Positions 38,790-50,600 of a stretch of DNA of 64,000 bases are shown one piece after another. The DNA is from an uncultured Planctomycetales bacterium. GTDB lineage: Bacteria > Planctomycetota > Phycisphaerae > UBA1845 > PWPN01. Both the position numbers and the translations under genes were made by a program. The DNA lies in contig CAZZFA010000004.1 of assembly GCA_964653435.1 (NCBI GenBank), positions 22,492 through 86,491 of the forward strand, read 5' to 3'. The notes under the pieces were generated by a model. It saw only the letters and a program-made list of their open reading frames with translations. It made no database searches and was not told the origin of the DNA. Within the stretch, counting starts at the first letter, position 1. Each line of letters starts with the position of its first letter.

Positions 38790-39540
38790 GCGGTACCGCT
38801 ACGTCGGGCAGGAGCTGGAGCTGTTTGCTCTTGCGACGAACTGGAAGCGTTACTTCCGGCGGCACCTGCGGCCTTTCATCCGCGGGGATGTGCTGGAGGT
38901 CGGCTCGGGCATCGGCTCCGTCACCCGGGTCCTCTGCGAAGCGCATCATCGAAGTTGGACGTGTCTGGAACCCGATGCGACGCTGGCCGGGCGGCTGGCC
39001 GGGGCGTTGCGGTGCCGACCGTTGCCCGTGCGGGTGGAAGTGCTTACGGGTACAACGGCGGACCTGCCTCCGCAGCGGCTCTTCGACTCGATTCTCTACA
39101 TCGACGTGCTCGAGCACATCGAGGATGACGGCGGGGAGCTGAAAACGGCCGCCGGCCACCTTTGCCCGGGCGGCTCGCTGGTGGTGCTGGCCCCGGCACA
39201 TCCGAGGCTGTACAGCGAGTTCGATGCGGCGGTGGGACATTTCCGCCGTTACGACCGGTCGTCGTTGAGTGCGGTCTCGCCCCCGGGACTGAGGATCGAG
39301 CGACTCTACTACCTCGACAGCGTCGGATGCCTTGCCTCGATGGCCAATCGCCTCCTGTTGCGCCAGGGGATGCCCACGCGTCGCCAGATCCGCCTCTGGG
39401 ATGGGCTGTTCGTATCCCTCTCCCGGCTCGCCGATCCGCTGTTGGGATACCGACTGGGCAAGACGATCGTCGGCGTGTGGCGCGCCGATCGTCGGCCGCC
39501 GGCGCCCGCGTCGGCAGGTACATGTGCGTCTGTTCTGTGA
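38782..39540 (+). CDS. class I SAM-dependent methyltransferase
   Basis: 252 aa with motif I VLEVGSGIGSVT. It overlaps the GT2 stop by 8 nt. Confidence 0.8.
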   Translation: MAERYRYVGQELELFALATNWKRYFRRHLRPFIRGDVLEVGSGIGSVTRVLCEAHHRSWTCLEPDATLAGRLAGALRCRPLPVRVEVLTGTTADLPPQRLFDSILYIDVLEHIEDDGGELKTAAGHLCPGGSLVVLAPAHPRLYSEFDAAVGHFRRYDRSSLSAVSPPGLRIERLYYLDSVGCLASMANRLLLRQGMPTRRQIRLWDGLFVSLSRLADPLLGYRLGKTIVGVWRADRRPPAPASAGTCASVL

Positions 39541-39603
39541 GCGGACCGGGAAAGCATTGCCGGCATCGCGAGGGCAGGGCCGTGGGGGCTCCGCCTTTGG
39601 AGT

Positions 39604-40374
39604 CTACCGCCGGAGCCATTCCTTGATGGCGTGGAGGGTGGTCTGGCCGCCCAGGCGGGCGATGGATCGGGTGAGTGGGATGTCCTTGGGGCATACCTTC
39701 ACGCAGTTCTGCGCGTTGCCGCACTCGGTAATCCCACCGGGCTTCATCATCTCCTCGAGTCGCTCGTGGGCGATTGCCCGCCCGGTCGGGTGGGAGTTGA
39801 ACAGGACTACCTGGTTGATCAGGGCGGCGCCGACGAACGGGCTGCGCGGGTTGACCTGCGGACAGGCCTCGAGGCAGCAGCCGCACGTCATGCACCGGGC
39901 GAGGGGGTACGCCTCTTCCTGCTCCCGTTGCGAGATGGCGGGTCCGGGACCGGCGTCATAGTAGCCGTCGACCGGGACCCACGCCTTGAATCGCTTGAGG
40001 CCCTCAAACATGGACGAACGGTCGACGACGAGGTCGCGGACGACGGGGAACTTCGTCATCGGCTCGAGGACAATCGCCTTCGGATCGTATTCGAGCAGGT
40101 GATCGACCAGGGCCGTGCAGGCCTGGCGGACCTGGCCGTTGATGACCATAGTGCAGGCGCCGCAGACTTCTTCGAGGCAGTTACAGTCCCAGGCGACCGG
40201 CGCCGTGGGCGTGCCCTCGGCGGTGACCGGGTTCGCCGCGATCGCCTGCAGGCAGGAGATCACGTTCATCTGCGGGATGTACCGGACGCGAAAGACCTGC
40301 CAGTAGGGCGCGGCGGAGGGCCGATCCTGTCGCTTGATCCGCAATGTTATGAAGTCGGGCATAGTCGCTGCCAC
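39604..40374 (-). CDS. sdhB: succinate dehydrogenase/fumarate reductase iron-sulfur subunit
   Basis: 256 aa. The Cys clusters are CNCLEEVCGAC, CMTCGCCLEACP and CGNAQNCVKVCP. Confidence 0.9.
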   Translation of the reverse strand: MAATMPDFITLRIKRQDRPSAAPYWQVFRVRYIPQMNVISCLQAIAANPVTAEGTPTAPVAWDCNCLEEVCGACTMVINGQVRQACTALVDHLLEYDPKAIVLEPMTKFPVVRDLVVDRSSMFEGLKRFKAWVPVDGYYDAGPGPAISQREQEEAYPLARCMTCGCCLEACPQVNPRSPFVGAALINQVVLFNSHPTGRAIAHERLEEMMKPGGITECGNAQNCVKVCPKDIPLTRSIARLGGQTTLHAIKEWLRR

Positions 40375-40380
40375 AAGCCG

Positions 40381-42363
40381 TTATCGGTGTTCGGTCCTGG
40401 CGCTCGCTTGCGCTTCGCGTTCTGTTGTCTGCATCTCCTTCCATACCTGTTCTATGATCTCCGCACCTTTGAGGCCGTACGTTCGCGGACGGGGAGGGAT
40501 CATGGAGACATCCACCGGTTCGTATGTGATACGCGGGCCTTCGGGCGTATGCTCGGCAATCGTGGACTTGAGCCACTTCTCGTTCTTCTGCCGGAAGGCC
40601 TCGCACCACGCCTTCGCCTCCCGATGGAGTTCGTCGGGATCATCGGATGTCGGCGAAGGAATCAGGAACTCGGGCTTGTAATGCACGCCCCGGCACTCGT
40701 CGCGGGCCAGGGCGCCCTGCGCGATGACCCTGGCGAGCACGAGCATGTCGCCGAGCGCCCGGGCAAAGGCGAAGTTCTGGTTCGTCCAGGCCGCCTTGTC
40801 GGCGACGGCAACGCGGCGGTAGCGGTCATCGAGCTCATCGAGCTTGGCCAGGGTGTCGCGGAGGTCCTTGTTGTGGCGGACGACGGTGCAGTTTCGGGTC
40901 ATGGTGGCGCCGAGCTCACGGTGCAGTTCGTAGGGGTTTTCGCGGCCGTCCGATTGGACCAGCCGCTGCGCGGCTTCTTCGTGCCGCCGCACCTCGCGGT
41001 CGAAAAGCGACCCGGGCAGGTCGGCCGCGACCGGCGCGGGGAGGTTCTTGAGGTAGTTGTCGATGCCCGGGGCGACGAACATGCCGTCGAAGATGCAGCT
41101 CAGGAGAGAGTTGGCGCCGAGGCGGTTCGCGCCATGGTACTGATAGTTGGCCTCACCGATCGCATAGAGGCCGGGGATGTTCGTCATCAGCGTTTTCGGC
41201 GAGCCGCGCTTCAGCCCGCCGGTGGCCGGATCCTTCTCGTAGTCGCACCAGAGGCCGCCCATCGAGTAGTGCACGGCAGGAAAGATGCGCATGGGCTCCT
41301 CGCGGGGATCGACACCCTGGAACTTCTCGTAGATCTCGAGGATGCCTTCGAGCTTGCGGTCGAGCTCCTGCCGCGGAATGTGCGTGAGGTCGAGGTAGAC
41401 GCAGTAGCTGTGCGGATCGACGCTGTACCCGTCGCGGCAGACGGCAAAGATTTCGCGCGTGGCGATGTCGCGCGGAACGAGGTTGCCGTACTGCGGGTAG
41501 CGCTCTTCGAGGAAGTACCAGCGCTCCGACTCGGGGATCTGACGCGGCGGGCGGGTGTCGCCGGGCTTCCGCGGCACCCAGACGCGGCCGCCTTCGCCCC
41601 GGGCCGACTCGCTCATGAGGCGGAGCTTGTCCGCGCCCGGGATCGCGGTGGGATGGACCTGGATGAATTCGCCGTTGGCATACTTCGCACCGGCCCGATA
41701 GGCCCGGGCGTTGGCCGCCCCGGTGCAGATGACGCTGTTGGTGCTCTTGCCGAAGATCAGCCCGCAGCCGCCGGTGGCCAGGACGACGGCGTCGGCGGGA
41801 AACGCGCGGATCTCCATGTCGATCAGGCTCTGGGCGACGGCGCCGCGGCAGACGCCCCGGTCGTCCAGCACGGGGCCGAGGAACTCCCAGTGCTCGAACT
41901 TCCGGACGAGGCCCTCCGTTTCCCACCGGCGGACCTGCTCATCGAGGGCGTAGAGCATCTGCTGGCCGGTGGTGGCGCCGGCGAAGGCGGTGCGCTTGTA
42001 GAGCGTGCCGCCGAACCGGCGGAAGTCGAGCCGGCCCTCCGGCGTGCGGTTGAACATGACCCCGAGGCGATCGAGCAGATCGACGATCCGCGGGCCCCAT
42101 TCACACATCTCCTTGACCGGCGGCTGGTGCTGGAGAAAGTCGCCGCCATACACCGTGTCGTCGAAGTGCTTCCACTCGGAATCGCCCTGCTGGCGGGTGA
42201 CCGCGTTGACAACGTTGATGCCGCCCTGGGCGCAGACGCTGTGCGAGCGCTTCACCGGGACCATGCTGAGGAGATCGACCGTACGATCGGCCTCGGCCAG
42301 ACGCATCGTCGCGGCGAGGCCTGCCAGACCGCCGCCGACCACGAGGACTCGTTGCTTAGCCAT
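40381..42363 (-). CDS. sdhA: succinate dehydrogenase/fumarate reductase flavoprotein subunit
   Basis: 660 aa. It has VLVVGGGLAGLAA, the covalent-FAD His context RSHSVCAQGGIN, and HYSMGGLW. Confidence 0.95.
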   Translation of the reverse strand: MAKQRVLVVGGGLAGLAATMRLAEADRTVDLLSMVPVKRSHSVCAQGGINVVNAVTRQQGDSEWKHFDDTVYGGDFLQHQPPVKEMCEWGPRIVDLLDRLGVMFNRTPEGRLDFRRFGGTLYKRTAFAGATTGQQMLYALDEQVRRWETEGLVRKFEHWEFLGPVLDDRGVCRGAVAQSLIDMEIRAFPADAVVLATGGCGLIFGKSTNSVICTGAANARAYRAGAKYANGEFIQVHPTAIPGADKLRLMSESARGEGGRVWVPRKPGDTRPPRQIPESERWYFLEERYPQYGNLVPRDIATREIFAVCRDGYSVDPHSYCVYLDLTHIPRQELDRKLEGILEIYEKFQGVDPREEPMRIFPAVHYSMGGLWCDYEKDPATGGLKRGSPKTLMTNIPGLYAIGEANYQYHGANRLGANSLLSCIFDGMFVAPGIDNYLKNLPAPVAADLPGSLFDREVRRHEEAAQRLVQSDGRENPYELHRELGATMTRNCTVVRHNKDLRDTLAKLDELDDRYRRVAVADKAAWTNQNFAFARALGDMLVLARVIAQGALARDECRGVHYKPEFLIPSPTSDDPDELHREAKAWCEAFRQKNEKWLKSTIAEHTPEGPRITYEPVDVSMIPPRPRTYGLKGAEIIEQVWKEMQTTEREAQASARTEHR

Positions 42364-42456
42364 GCGAATCCGCCTCGAATCGACGACGAAGCACGCGCCG
42401 CGCCGCGATGCAGACCGGATTGGCGACGTGTCGGATCTCCGTGCCCATGATGACCG

Positions 42457-43269
42457 TTACCTTTCCGATGCCGCTGCCGCGCCGGGCACAGGCTGATCGG
42501 CGCGCGCCACCGTCCGCATGCTCAGGGCGGGCAGAAGCTTTGGCGGCGGTACGCCGTGGAACGCCCGCAGCGCGGCGAGGCCCATCCCTCCGACCAGGAT
42601 GCCGATGACCAGGCACGCATACCCGGCCTTGCGCATGGCCGTCGTGCCGGCGATGATGCCCCAACTGATCAGGAACGTCCAGAACCCGTTGGCCATGTGG
42701 TAGCAGACGGCGACGATGCCGATCGCGTACCACGGGGCGATCCAGGCAGACGCCTGGACCGCTTTTGCGCAGGAGAAGGCGGCCCACGGCGGGTCGGGAT
42801 TGAATGCGTTGCCGCCGATGGCCTTGAACGGTTCACCCAGCCAGTTCATCTGGAGCACGTGAAAAACGATGAACACCAGCGCGACCAGGCCGGATATGCG
42901 TTGCAGCGTGTACCGGATGTTGCCGCCGTAGGGGTAGCGCCAGACGTTGCTCCGGCTCCACCACCAGATGCGGACGCCCAGGACGGCGTGGTAGGTGATG
43001 GGCACGAAGATGAAGGCAAACTCGGCGGTGGTGAGAAAGGGCCTGATGGAGTGGATCAGATCCACGTTTCGCTGGAAGGTTTCCGGTCCGGCAAGGATGG
43101 AGGCGTTGACGGCCAGATGGAAGACGACGAACAAGCCGATCGGGACGACGCCGCTGAGCGAGTGAAGCTTGGTCAGGAGGAAGTGGTGGCGAGCGCCGAT
43201 CACCGGTACATTGGCTTGTGCGATCACCACGTTACCCCCGTGGGCGCCGCGCAGGCGCAGAATGTTCAC
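42457..43269 (-). CDS. sdhC: succinate dehydrogenase cytochrome b subunit (b558 family)
   Basis: 270 aa with a GTG start. LLTKLHSLSGVVPIGLFVVFHLAVNASIL is typical of the family, with about 5 TM helices. It lies upstream of sdhA-sdhB. Confidence 0.85.
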   Translation of the reverse strand: MNILRLRGAHGGNVVIAQANVPVIGARHHFLLTKLHSLSGVVPIGLFVVFHLAVNASILAGPETFQRNVDLIHSIRPFLTTAEFAFIFVPITYHAVLGVRIWWWSRSNVWRYPYGGNIRYTLQRISGLVALVFIVFHVLQMNWLGEPFKAIGGNAFNPDPPWAAFSCAKAVQASAWIAPWYAIGIVAVCYHMANGFWTFLISWGIIAGTTAMRKAGYACLVIGILVGGMGLAALRAFHGVPPPKLLPALSMRTVARADQPVPGAAAASER

Positions 43270-43668
43270 GGCCGACGCTCGCCAATTCTAGCGCCCGGAC
43301 CTGCCCCGTCAAGCCGCCGCCCCGGGCGATCGGGACCGGGCGGGGTGGTCGCTACGAAGCGAGGATTCGGCGGCCCGCCGCCGTCCGCCGAGCCGGGGGG
43401 GAACAGTCGGGTCAGGCCGGCGGTCCACGGCGCGCCGTCTCGCCGAACCCAAATCACCTCTCCAAGGTGCGCAATCGTGACGCCCGCTCCGCTCGGCGCG
43501 ACGGGGTTTGCGGGGCGCTTTGCGCACAAGCGGATCGGCATGCAATGGCGCATCCCGCCTGGCTGATCGGTGTGCGAGACGGCAACGGGCATCACGATGA
43601 CGAAAACGTTGACCTCATTCGTCTGATCTTCGCCCGTGCCGCGCGCCGAGTATGCACCTCGAGGGGGG

Positions 43669-43704
43669 CGCGAGCGGCGCGATTCGAACGCGCGCCCTGC
43701 GGTT
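43669..43704 (-). repeat. copy of the 3' half of tRNA-Arg(CCT) (T arm + acceptor 3' strand): putative distal att site
   Basis: CGCGAGCGGCGCGATTCGAACGCGCGCCCTGCGGTT matches 59793-59828 at 35/36 positions (mismatch at 43695). The sequence upstream of it cannot form an acceptor, D arm or anticodon stem, so it is a fragment and not a gene. Confidence 0.8.
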
Positions 43705-44605
43705 CGGGAGGCGGTCGGGCGCGTTATCCGGTCGAGGTACGGCAAACCGTTCATAAGCAATCAGGCGTCCTCGGTCACGGTCGTCCGTCGCTCTTTGCGA
43801 CCGCCGGGAGCGCGGCTTCGACCTCTCTGACTGGCGACGACGCGTTCGGCAGGCGACCGTCCGCATCCCCGCGCACATGATTTGCGGGGACAGGTCATCG
43901 GGCCCGCAGGAGCGGCCGGGTTCGGGGCCCGCGCAGCGATCAACGATGCAGGTGGCTTGCCTTTCTGTCGCGAAAGTGACCTTCTTTGCGAGCGCCCCCG
44001 ATGCTTCAAGTACTTGCTGTGGAGATGGTTAGCGCCGCTTTCGGTTCGAGAGTTTCGTTCGTTTCCATTCCCGTAGGGACGACTGAGCCTTCGCGGCGCT
44101 GCTCGCCGCATGCGAAACTGTCTTCCCGAGAACGGCATCAGCGCATTCTTGACGCGACAAGTCGGGTCGTGCGGTTGAGCGTCAGACGAGCGTAATCCGC
44201 TATTTATCATGACGTTATGCCGACAACCTTGCCGGAGACCAGCCAAGAGCTACACCGGAAGATGCGCGGGATTTCCTTTGCATTTCCGACAAAGGCGGGG
44301 TATGCTTGTTGCAGGATGGATGGGATCAAGAAGATCCGCGTAAACGTCGGCAACGGAAGCGACACGTGAACACATGTCGTACCGACTTGCCGGGGTGGGT
44401 CAGAAGCCGTCGACAATTCGGAAGGCAATTCTCGTTTACCCGGGGATTGAGGCTTCCCTGCCTGGTTGTGATTCGGCGGCCCGCCGCAACGAACGATGCA
44501 GGGCGGGATCCTGCACCGCCAAGTGTCGGCTGATCCCGCAAGGGCGGTCTTGATACAGCGCGGCGCGATCGCATCGCGCCATCGGCTCACGGGGGCTTCA
44601 ATACC

Positions 44606-47600
44606 ATGGTCACAATGTCGAGAATGCGGTACCGCGTGTTGGTTGTGGGCGGGTGCGTGTTGGCTGTCGTGTGTGCGCATCGCCCCGAAACGGCCCTCGC
44701 CCAGCCCGTGGCAAACCCCGGTGGGCCATATACCGCCACAGCCGCAACCCGCGCCGAGGGCGGATGGACATTCTCATTCGACGGCAGCGCCTCCACCGGC
44801 GACCCGCCCCTGGTCCAGTGGGAGTGGGACTTCGGCACGGACACGTGCGAGGGCCAGTGGCTCAATACGTTCAAGTGGGTTTCTCAGAACGCCTACAACG
44901 ACGGCGCCATCATCCTGAGCGGCGCCGGCTGGGGAAACAGCTTTGTCTTCAGCCGCGAGCCCGTTCTGCGTCAGGAAGCGGCTACGCTCACGTTGGGGCC
45001 ATCCGACGCCGCCGCGGGCCGCAGCGCCGACTTCGATTCGGATGGGGACGTGGATACTGCCGATTTCCTGGTGTTCCAGGGCTGTTTCAGCGGTTCGAAT
45101 CGGAGCCCGTCGGCGGCAGGATGTGAAATCGCGGATCTGGACGGCGACGCGGATGTGGACACCGCGGACTTCGGAATCTTTCAGGACGCATTCAACGGTC
45201 CCAACCGGCCGCCCAAGAACGCAAAGCCCGCGGACTCTTCGCCGGCGCCGGCCGACTCCCCGGGCAATCCGGTGCCCGGTGTGTTTCAGGCCCGGGTGAC
45301 GCCGGACGGCGGGCACGCGATGTGGGGGTTCAAGAACACGAGCACCAACTACAGCTACACGCAGATGCCGTATGCGCTGTATTTCGAGCGCGGCAACCTG
45401 CACATCTACGAAGACGGGAGCCACCGCGGCCAGTTCGCCACGTATGCGCCCGGACAGACGTATGACGTCCGCATCGAGCTGAAGACGGCCGGCGGCGCAC
45501 GATACCTCTGGAAGCTCCCGTCGGATGCTGACTGGACGCTGTTGCGCGATACGACGTACGGCTCGGGGACGAGCCTTCTGCGCGGCGTGACGGTCGAGTC
45601 CGGAACGTTCCGCATGGATGACGTGCGCGAGGTCTTCTACGGCAAGACGCTGACCCACAAGGTCTACCAGGGCGGGCCGGCGATGCTGACCGTGCAGGAC
45701 TCGACGGGGCAGTCACAGACGGCGACGTTCGACATCGCCGTCGAGCCTGCGGATATCGTCGCGAACGCCGGCGGTCCGTACACGCAAACCGAGGGCGACC
45801 GCGGGGCCGACGGCTGGACCTTCAGCTTCGACGGCTCAGCCAGCACGAGCGGCCTCGAGATCATCCAATACGAGTGGGATTTCGGGCCGGATACGTTCGA
45901 CGGCGACGGACCCGATGCGGGCCAGTACTTCATCGCCAGGGCCTACCAGACCGCCGGCCAGGTCCGCATTTCCGGCAGCGGATGGGGCAATGCTTATCTG
46001 TTCGCGCGTCGCATCGTCACCCGATCCGGCGCCCCGATCCTGCAGGCCCGGGTGACGCCGGACGGCGGGCAGGCGATGTGGGGGTTCAAGAACACGAGCA
46101 CCAACTACAGCTACACGCAGATGCCGTACGCGCTGTACTTCGATCGCGGCAACCTGCGCATCTATGAGGACGGCAGCCACCGCGGCCAGGTCGGCTCGTA
46201 CACCCCCGGCCAGGCGTATGACGTGCGGATCCGTTTGAAGAATACGTCGGGTGCGATGTATTTCATCAAGCCGGCCGATGCCGCCGACTGGACACTGCTG
46301 TACGACTCCTACTACGGCAGCCAATCGGAGTTGCTCGCCGGCGCGACCGTCGAATCGGGCACGTTCGTGATCGACGAACAGACGCGCCGCTCCTACGGGC
46401 CGACGCCGCAGTGCACCGTTGCCGGACCGATGCCCGTGACGCTGACGGTGACCGACCTCCTGGGGCGCACGGCGTCGCAACAGTTTTCGCTTCGCATCAC
46501 CGGTCAGCCGCCCGTCGCGGATGCCGGCGGCCCGTATAGCGCGAGCCTCGGCGAGACGGTTACCCTGGATGGCACGCGATCCACCGACGACTACGGCATC
46601 GTCCGCTACGAATGGGACCTGGGCACGCAGACGTTCGACGGCAGCGAGCTGAACGGGGAGGCGTGGTTCGCGAGCCGGGCGACCCAGGACAATCGGCTTC
46701 TCGTGACCGGCGCCGGCAACTGGGGCGGCGCGTATGCCTTCTCGAAACAGATCGTGTCGCGGGCGAAGGATGTTGCGCTTGAATGTCGTGTGCTGCCGTC
46801 GGGCAATCACGCGATGTACGGCTTCAAGAACCTCTCGGGTGACTACAGCTACACCCAGATGCCCTACGGCCTGTACTTCGCGGGAGGTACCCTCCAGGTA
46901 TGCGAGGACGGCAGCGGCCGCGGGAGCGTAGGAGGCTACAGCAAGACCACGCCGTACGACGTCCGTATCGTCCTGAAGGAGACCGCCGGCGCCACCTACT
47001 GGATCCGCCCGACCGGCACGGAGGTATGGACGTGCGTCTACGATTCCAACTACGGCACCGGCACGCGGTTTCTGCGCGGCGTGACCGTGCACAGCGGCGT
47101 TTTCGAGACGGACGATTTTCGCGACGTCTTCGGCGGCAGCCAGGTGCCCTACATTGTCACCCGCGACACTACCGCGCGCCTGACCGTCTACGACGTGCAG
47201 CGGCAGGCAACAACCGCCTCGGTTCCCGTGCAGCTCATTCCGATGGTCGTGTGCGTGCCCTGGGACTACGACAAGATCAGCGGGCGCGAGATCCCGCACA
47301 ACGCATGGGACGGCCTGGCGACCCGCCTGAAGGCCGTCGCATACACCGACACCTCGGCAAGCAACCTCTCCGTCACGTGGGACTTCGGCGACGGGACGGC
47401 CGCGGAGACGGGCGGCGTCTCCGACAAACGAATCATCGAGACGATGCATAGCTATCGCGGCGACCCCGGTGCGCTCTACACCGCGACGGTCACCGTGCAT
47501 GACCCCGTCCATGGTGACCTGAGCGATACGTACCCCGTGCAGATCCACGCCAGGGACCTGACGATCGAGGTGAACGTGGCGATCGACGAGGGTCTCTGGT

Positions 47601-50600
47601 TCCTCCACAAGCGGAACCTCGGCGGGTGGTGGAACTCGAACCAGGGATACTGGGTCAGTCCGACGGCATCCTGCGTCCACGCGCTCGAGATCAACGGCCA
47701 TACCCTGAATCGCTCGCGATCGATCGATCCCCTGGTCGAGGATGTGGCCGGCGGGCTCCGCAGCATCCTCAGCAACCTGTACGCCTCGAGCATCGCCGCG
47801 CAGCCCTACGGCGACCCGGACTCCAACGGGAACGGCCTCGGCATCTTCGTCAATTCGGGCCGGCGGATCTACGAGGGCGGCATGGTCATGGATGCCCTGG
47901 CGGCCAGTGGCGTGCCCGACCGGGTCGCTGACGTCGGCGGCAGCGGCATCCTGGGCCGCACCTTCCGCGACATTGCGCAGGACATGATGGACGCCTACGC
48001 CTGGGGTCAGGTCGATTCCGGCGCGGCGCGCGGCGGATGGCGCTACGAGTGGAACAGCGGCGCCGACAACTCCGCCTCACAATGGGCCGCCATCGGTTTC
48101 CTCGGCATCAAGGCCGCCTTCGGTCTCGATGTCGCCGCATGGGTGAAACAGGAGAACAACGTCTGGCTCACCTACAGTTACAACGGCACCGGGTTCGGCT
48201 ACGACGGCCCGGGCAACGGCCAGGCAACCACGCCGTCCGGCATGGTCCAGCTCGCTTGTGACGGTTATGAGATCAGCGACCCGCGATGGCAGACCGCCGA
48301 GGCATACATCGCCAACAACTGGGATTGGTTCCGCAACAACACGAACATCTATGCCTGGTACGCGTTTACAAAGGCGATGCGGGTGGCCCTGCCCGCAGCG
48401 GTGGTCAATCTGAGGCCCACGGGAATGGACTGGTATGCCCACCCGACCAAAGGGATCGCCCGGCTTCTCCTGAACTTCCAGCGTTCGGACGGAGGCTGGC
48501 CCCCCGACATGGGCTGGAACCTCGGCTCGCCGTTCAACACGGCCTGGAGCGTGGTCATCCTCACGCCGACGCTGTTCACGCGCCCCCCGGTCGCCGTGGC
48601 CGGCCAGGACATCGTCTGGGCCTTCGACCGGCCGCTCGAGTTCGACGGCTCGAAGTCGTATCACACCGATCCCGCGCGCGTGCTGGTGCTGTATGAGTGG
48701 GACTTCGACGGCGACGGCACTTATGACTACGCCGGCGCAGATCCTCGGACGACGCACACCTATTCCTTCGACCCCAACATTCAGTACCCCGTCATCTATC
48801 AGGCCAAGCTGCGCGTGACCGACGACGTCGGTCAGGCGGCCACCGACACCCGCGACGTCACCATCGCCGAACCGCCGCACGCGCCGTTCGCCAGGGCCGG
48901 CGGGCCGTACACGGTGAGCGCCGGCGTCCCGTTCCATCCGGACGGCAGCGGCTCCTATGACATCGACCCCACCGACTACATCACACGCCAGGAGTGGGAT
49001 TTCAACGGGGCCAACGGCTACAACTTCGACCAGCCGGATGCCGCCGTCGATTGCACCGCCGCCGGCTGCCCGCAGGTCACCTGGGTCTTCACCGCGCCGG
49101 GGACGTACAACATCGGCCTGCGCGTATGGGACAACGGCGTCCTGCACCCGCAGAACCGGAAACTTGCCTCGGTTCCCGACTACACCACGGTCACCGTCGT
49201 GCAGAACCAGCCGCCCACGGCCAATCCGGGTGGGCCTTACACTGTGGACGAGTGCAAGTCCGTGAGGCTCGACGGTTCCGGCTCGACGGATCCCAACGGC
49301 GACGCGATTACGTACGCATGGGACCTCGACGGCGACGGCGAGTTCGACGACTCGACCGAGCCCGCGCCGATGTTCACCCGGAACCAGAACGGCACATACA
49401 CCGTCAGCCTGATCGTCTCCGACGGCGCGACGCAGAGCCCGCCGGCAACCACGCAGGTCCTGGTCCGCGACACCGCCCCGACGGTCTCGCTTACGGGCCC
49501 GAGCCGACTCGGAATCAGCCAGGAAGGCACTTTTACCGCGACGGTCGGTTCGCCCTGTGACGCGGTCGTGGGCATCCAATGGGATTGGGATTACGACGGC
49601 ATCACGTTCCAGGCGTCCGGCGACGAGGGAACGACGCAGAAGCACGGCTATGCCGCTCAGGGCAGGTACCGCGTTGCCGTTCGCGTCACCGACAGCGATG
49701 GCTCCGCCGCGATTGCCGTGCTCGATGTGACGGTCGAGGCGCCGGTCGCCCCTCGCGTGCCCGCCGGCGTGCGGGTCAAGGTGGTCGTCGGCCAGCGTGA
49801 ATACGACAACGCGCGGAAGGTCCACCGCGGCCAGTTTTCGCTCGTCAGCGTCTACGATCTCCCGATCACGGGGCCGGTCGCGCTCGCCTTCGACAACATC
49901 AAGCCCGACACGGTGAAGCTGCTCAACAGCCAAGGCACGGTTCGTGACCCGGCGACCGGCCGCGATCTCCCGTACGTCGACTTCAGCGACCTGCTCGCCG
50001 GCGGCAAGCTCGCCCCGGGCGCGACCCTCGGGCCCAAGTGGGTCGAATTCGAGGATCCCGGCCGGGTGGCGTTCACCTTTGACGCAATGGCCTACATCTT
50101 CAACGCCCCGCCGAAGTTCACGTCCACGCCGGTGCTGACCGCCGACGAAGGCCAACGCTACCGCTATGAGGCCAAGGCCGTGGACGACGACGGCGACCCG
50201 ATCACGTTCGCCCTGCGCGACACGAACGGAACCCCTCCCCCGGAGGGCATGACCGTCCATCCGCTGGCCGGCATCGTTGATTGGGTTCCGTCGCAGACGG
50301 CCGCGGGGGCCCATGATGTCACGCTCGTCGCGATCGACGGCTTCGCCGGCGGCGAGGGCACGCAAACGTTCCGGATCACCGTCGGCGCCGTCGACGCACC
50401 GCCTGTGATCACCTCCGCGCCGCCCACTACGGCGACGGTCAACGTGGCGTACCAGTATCAGGTGGTCGCGTACGACCCGGACGGCGGGGCCGTGACATTC
50501 ACGCTGCCGACCGCCCCGGCCGGGATGACCATCGACGCGGCCGGCGGCATGATCCAGTGGGCCGCGCCGGTTGTCGGTTCGCACACCGTAAAGGTCGTCG

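Noticed and set aside
36318-42450. Long ORFs 36318..38759 (-) and 39631..42450 (+).
   Set aside because: They are antisense to the radical SAM and GT2 genes and to sdhB/sdhA respectively. Both are compositionally aberrant.
43669-43742. Whether the tRNA-Arg-like sequence is a complete second tRNA or the tRNA-like end of a tmRNA.
   Set aside because: The 7 nt at the required 5' acceptor position (CCGTACC) cannot pair with CGCTCGC. No anticodon stem forms (ACCGC faces ACCGC). There is no Ala-type G3:U70 or tmRNA 5' motif.
43218-43880. 220-aa plus-strand ORF covering the sdhC upstream region and the tRNA fragment.
   Set aside because: It is Arg/Ala/Gly-rich and motif-free, and it spans an RNA-derived repeat.
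45287-46189. Idea that the near-identical 147-nt pair is a DGR template/variable repeat pair.
   Set aside because: There is no reverse transcriptase in the window. The 8 mismatches are C/G, T/C, T/C, G/T, A/G, C/T, A/G and G/C, which is not adenine-specific, and most are synonymous third positions.
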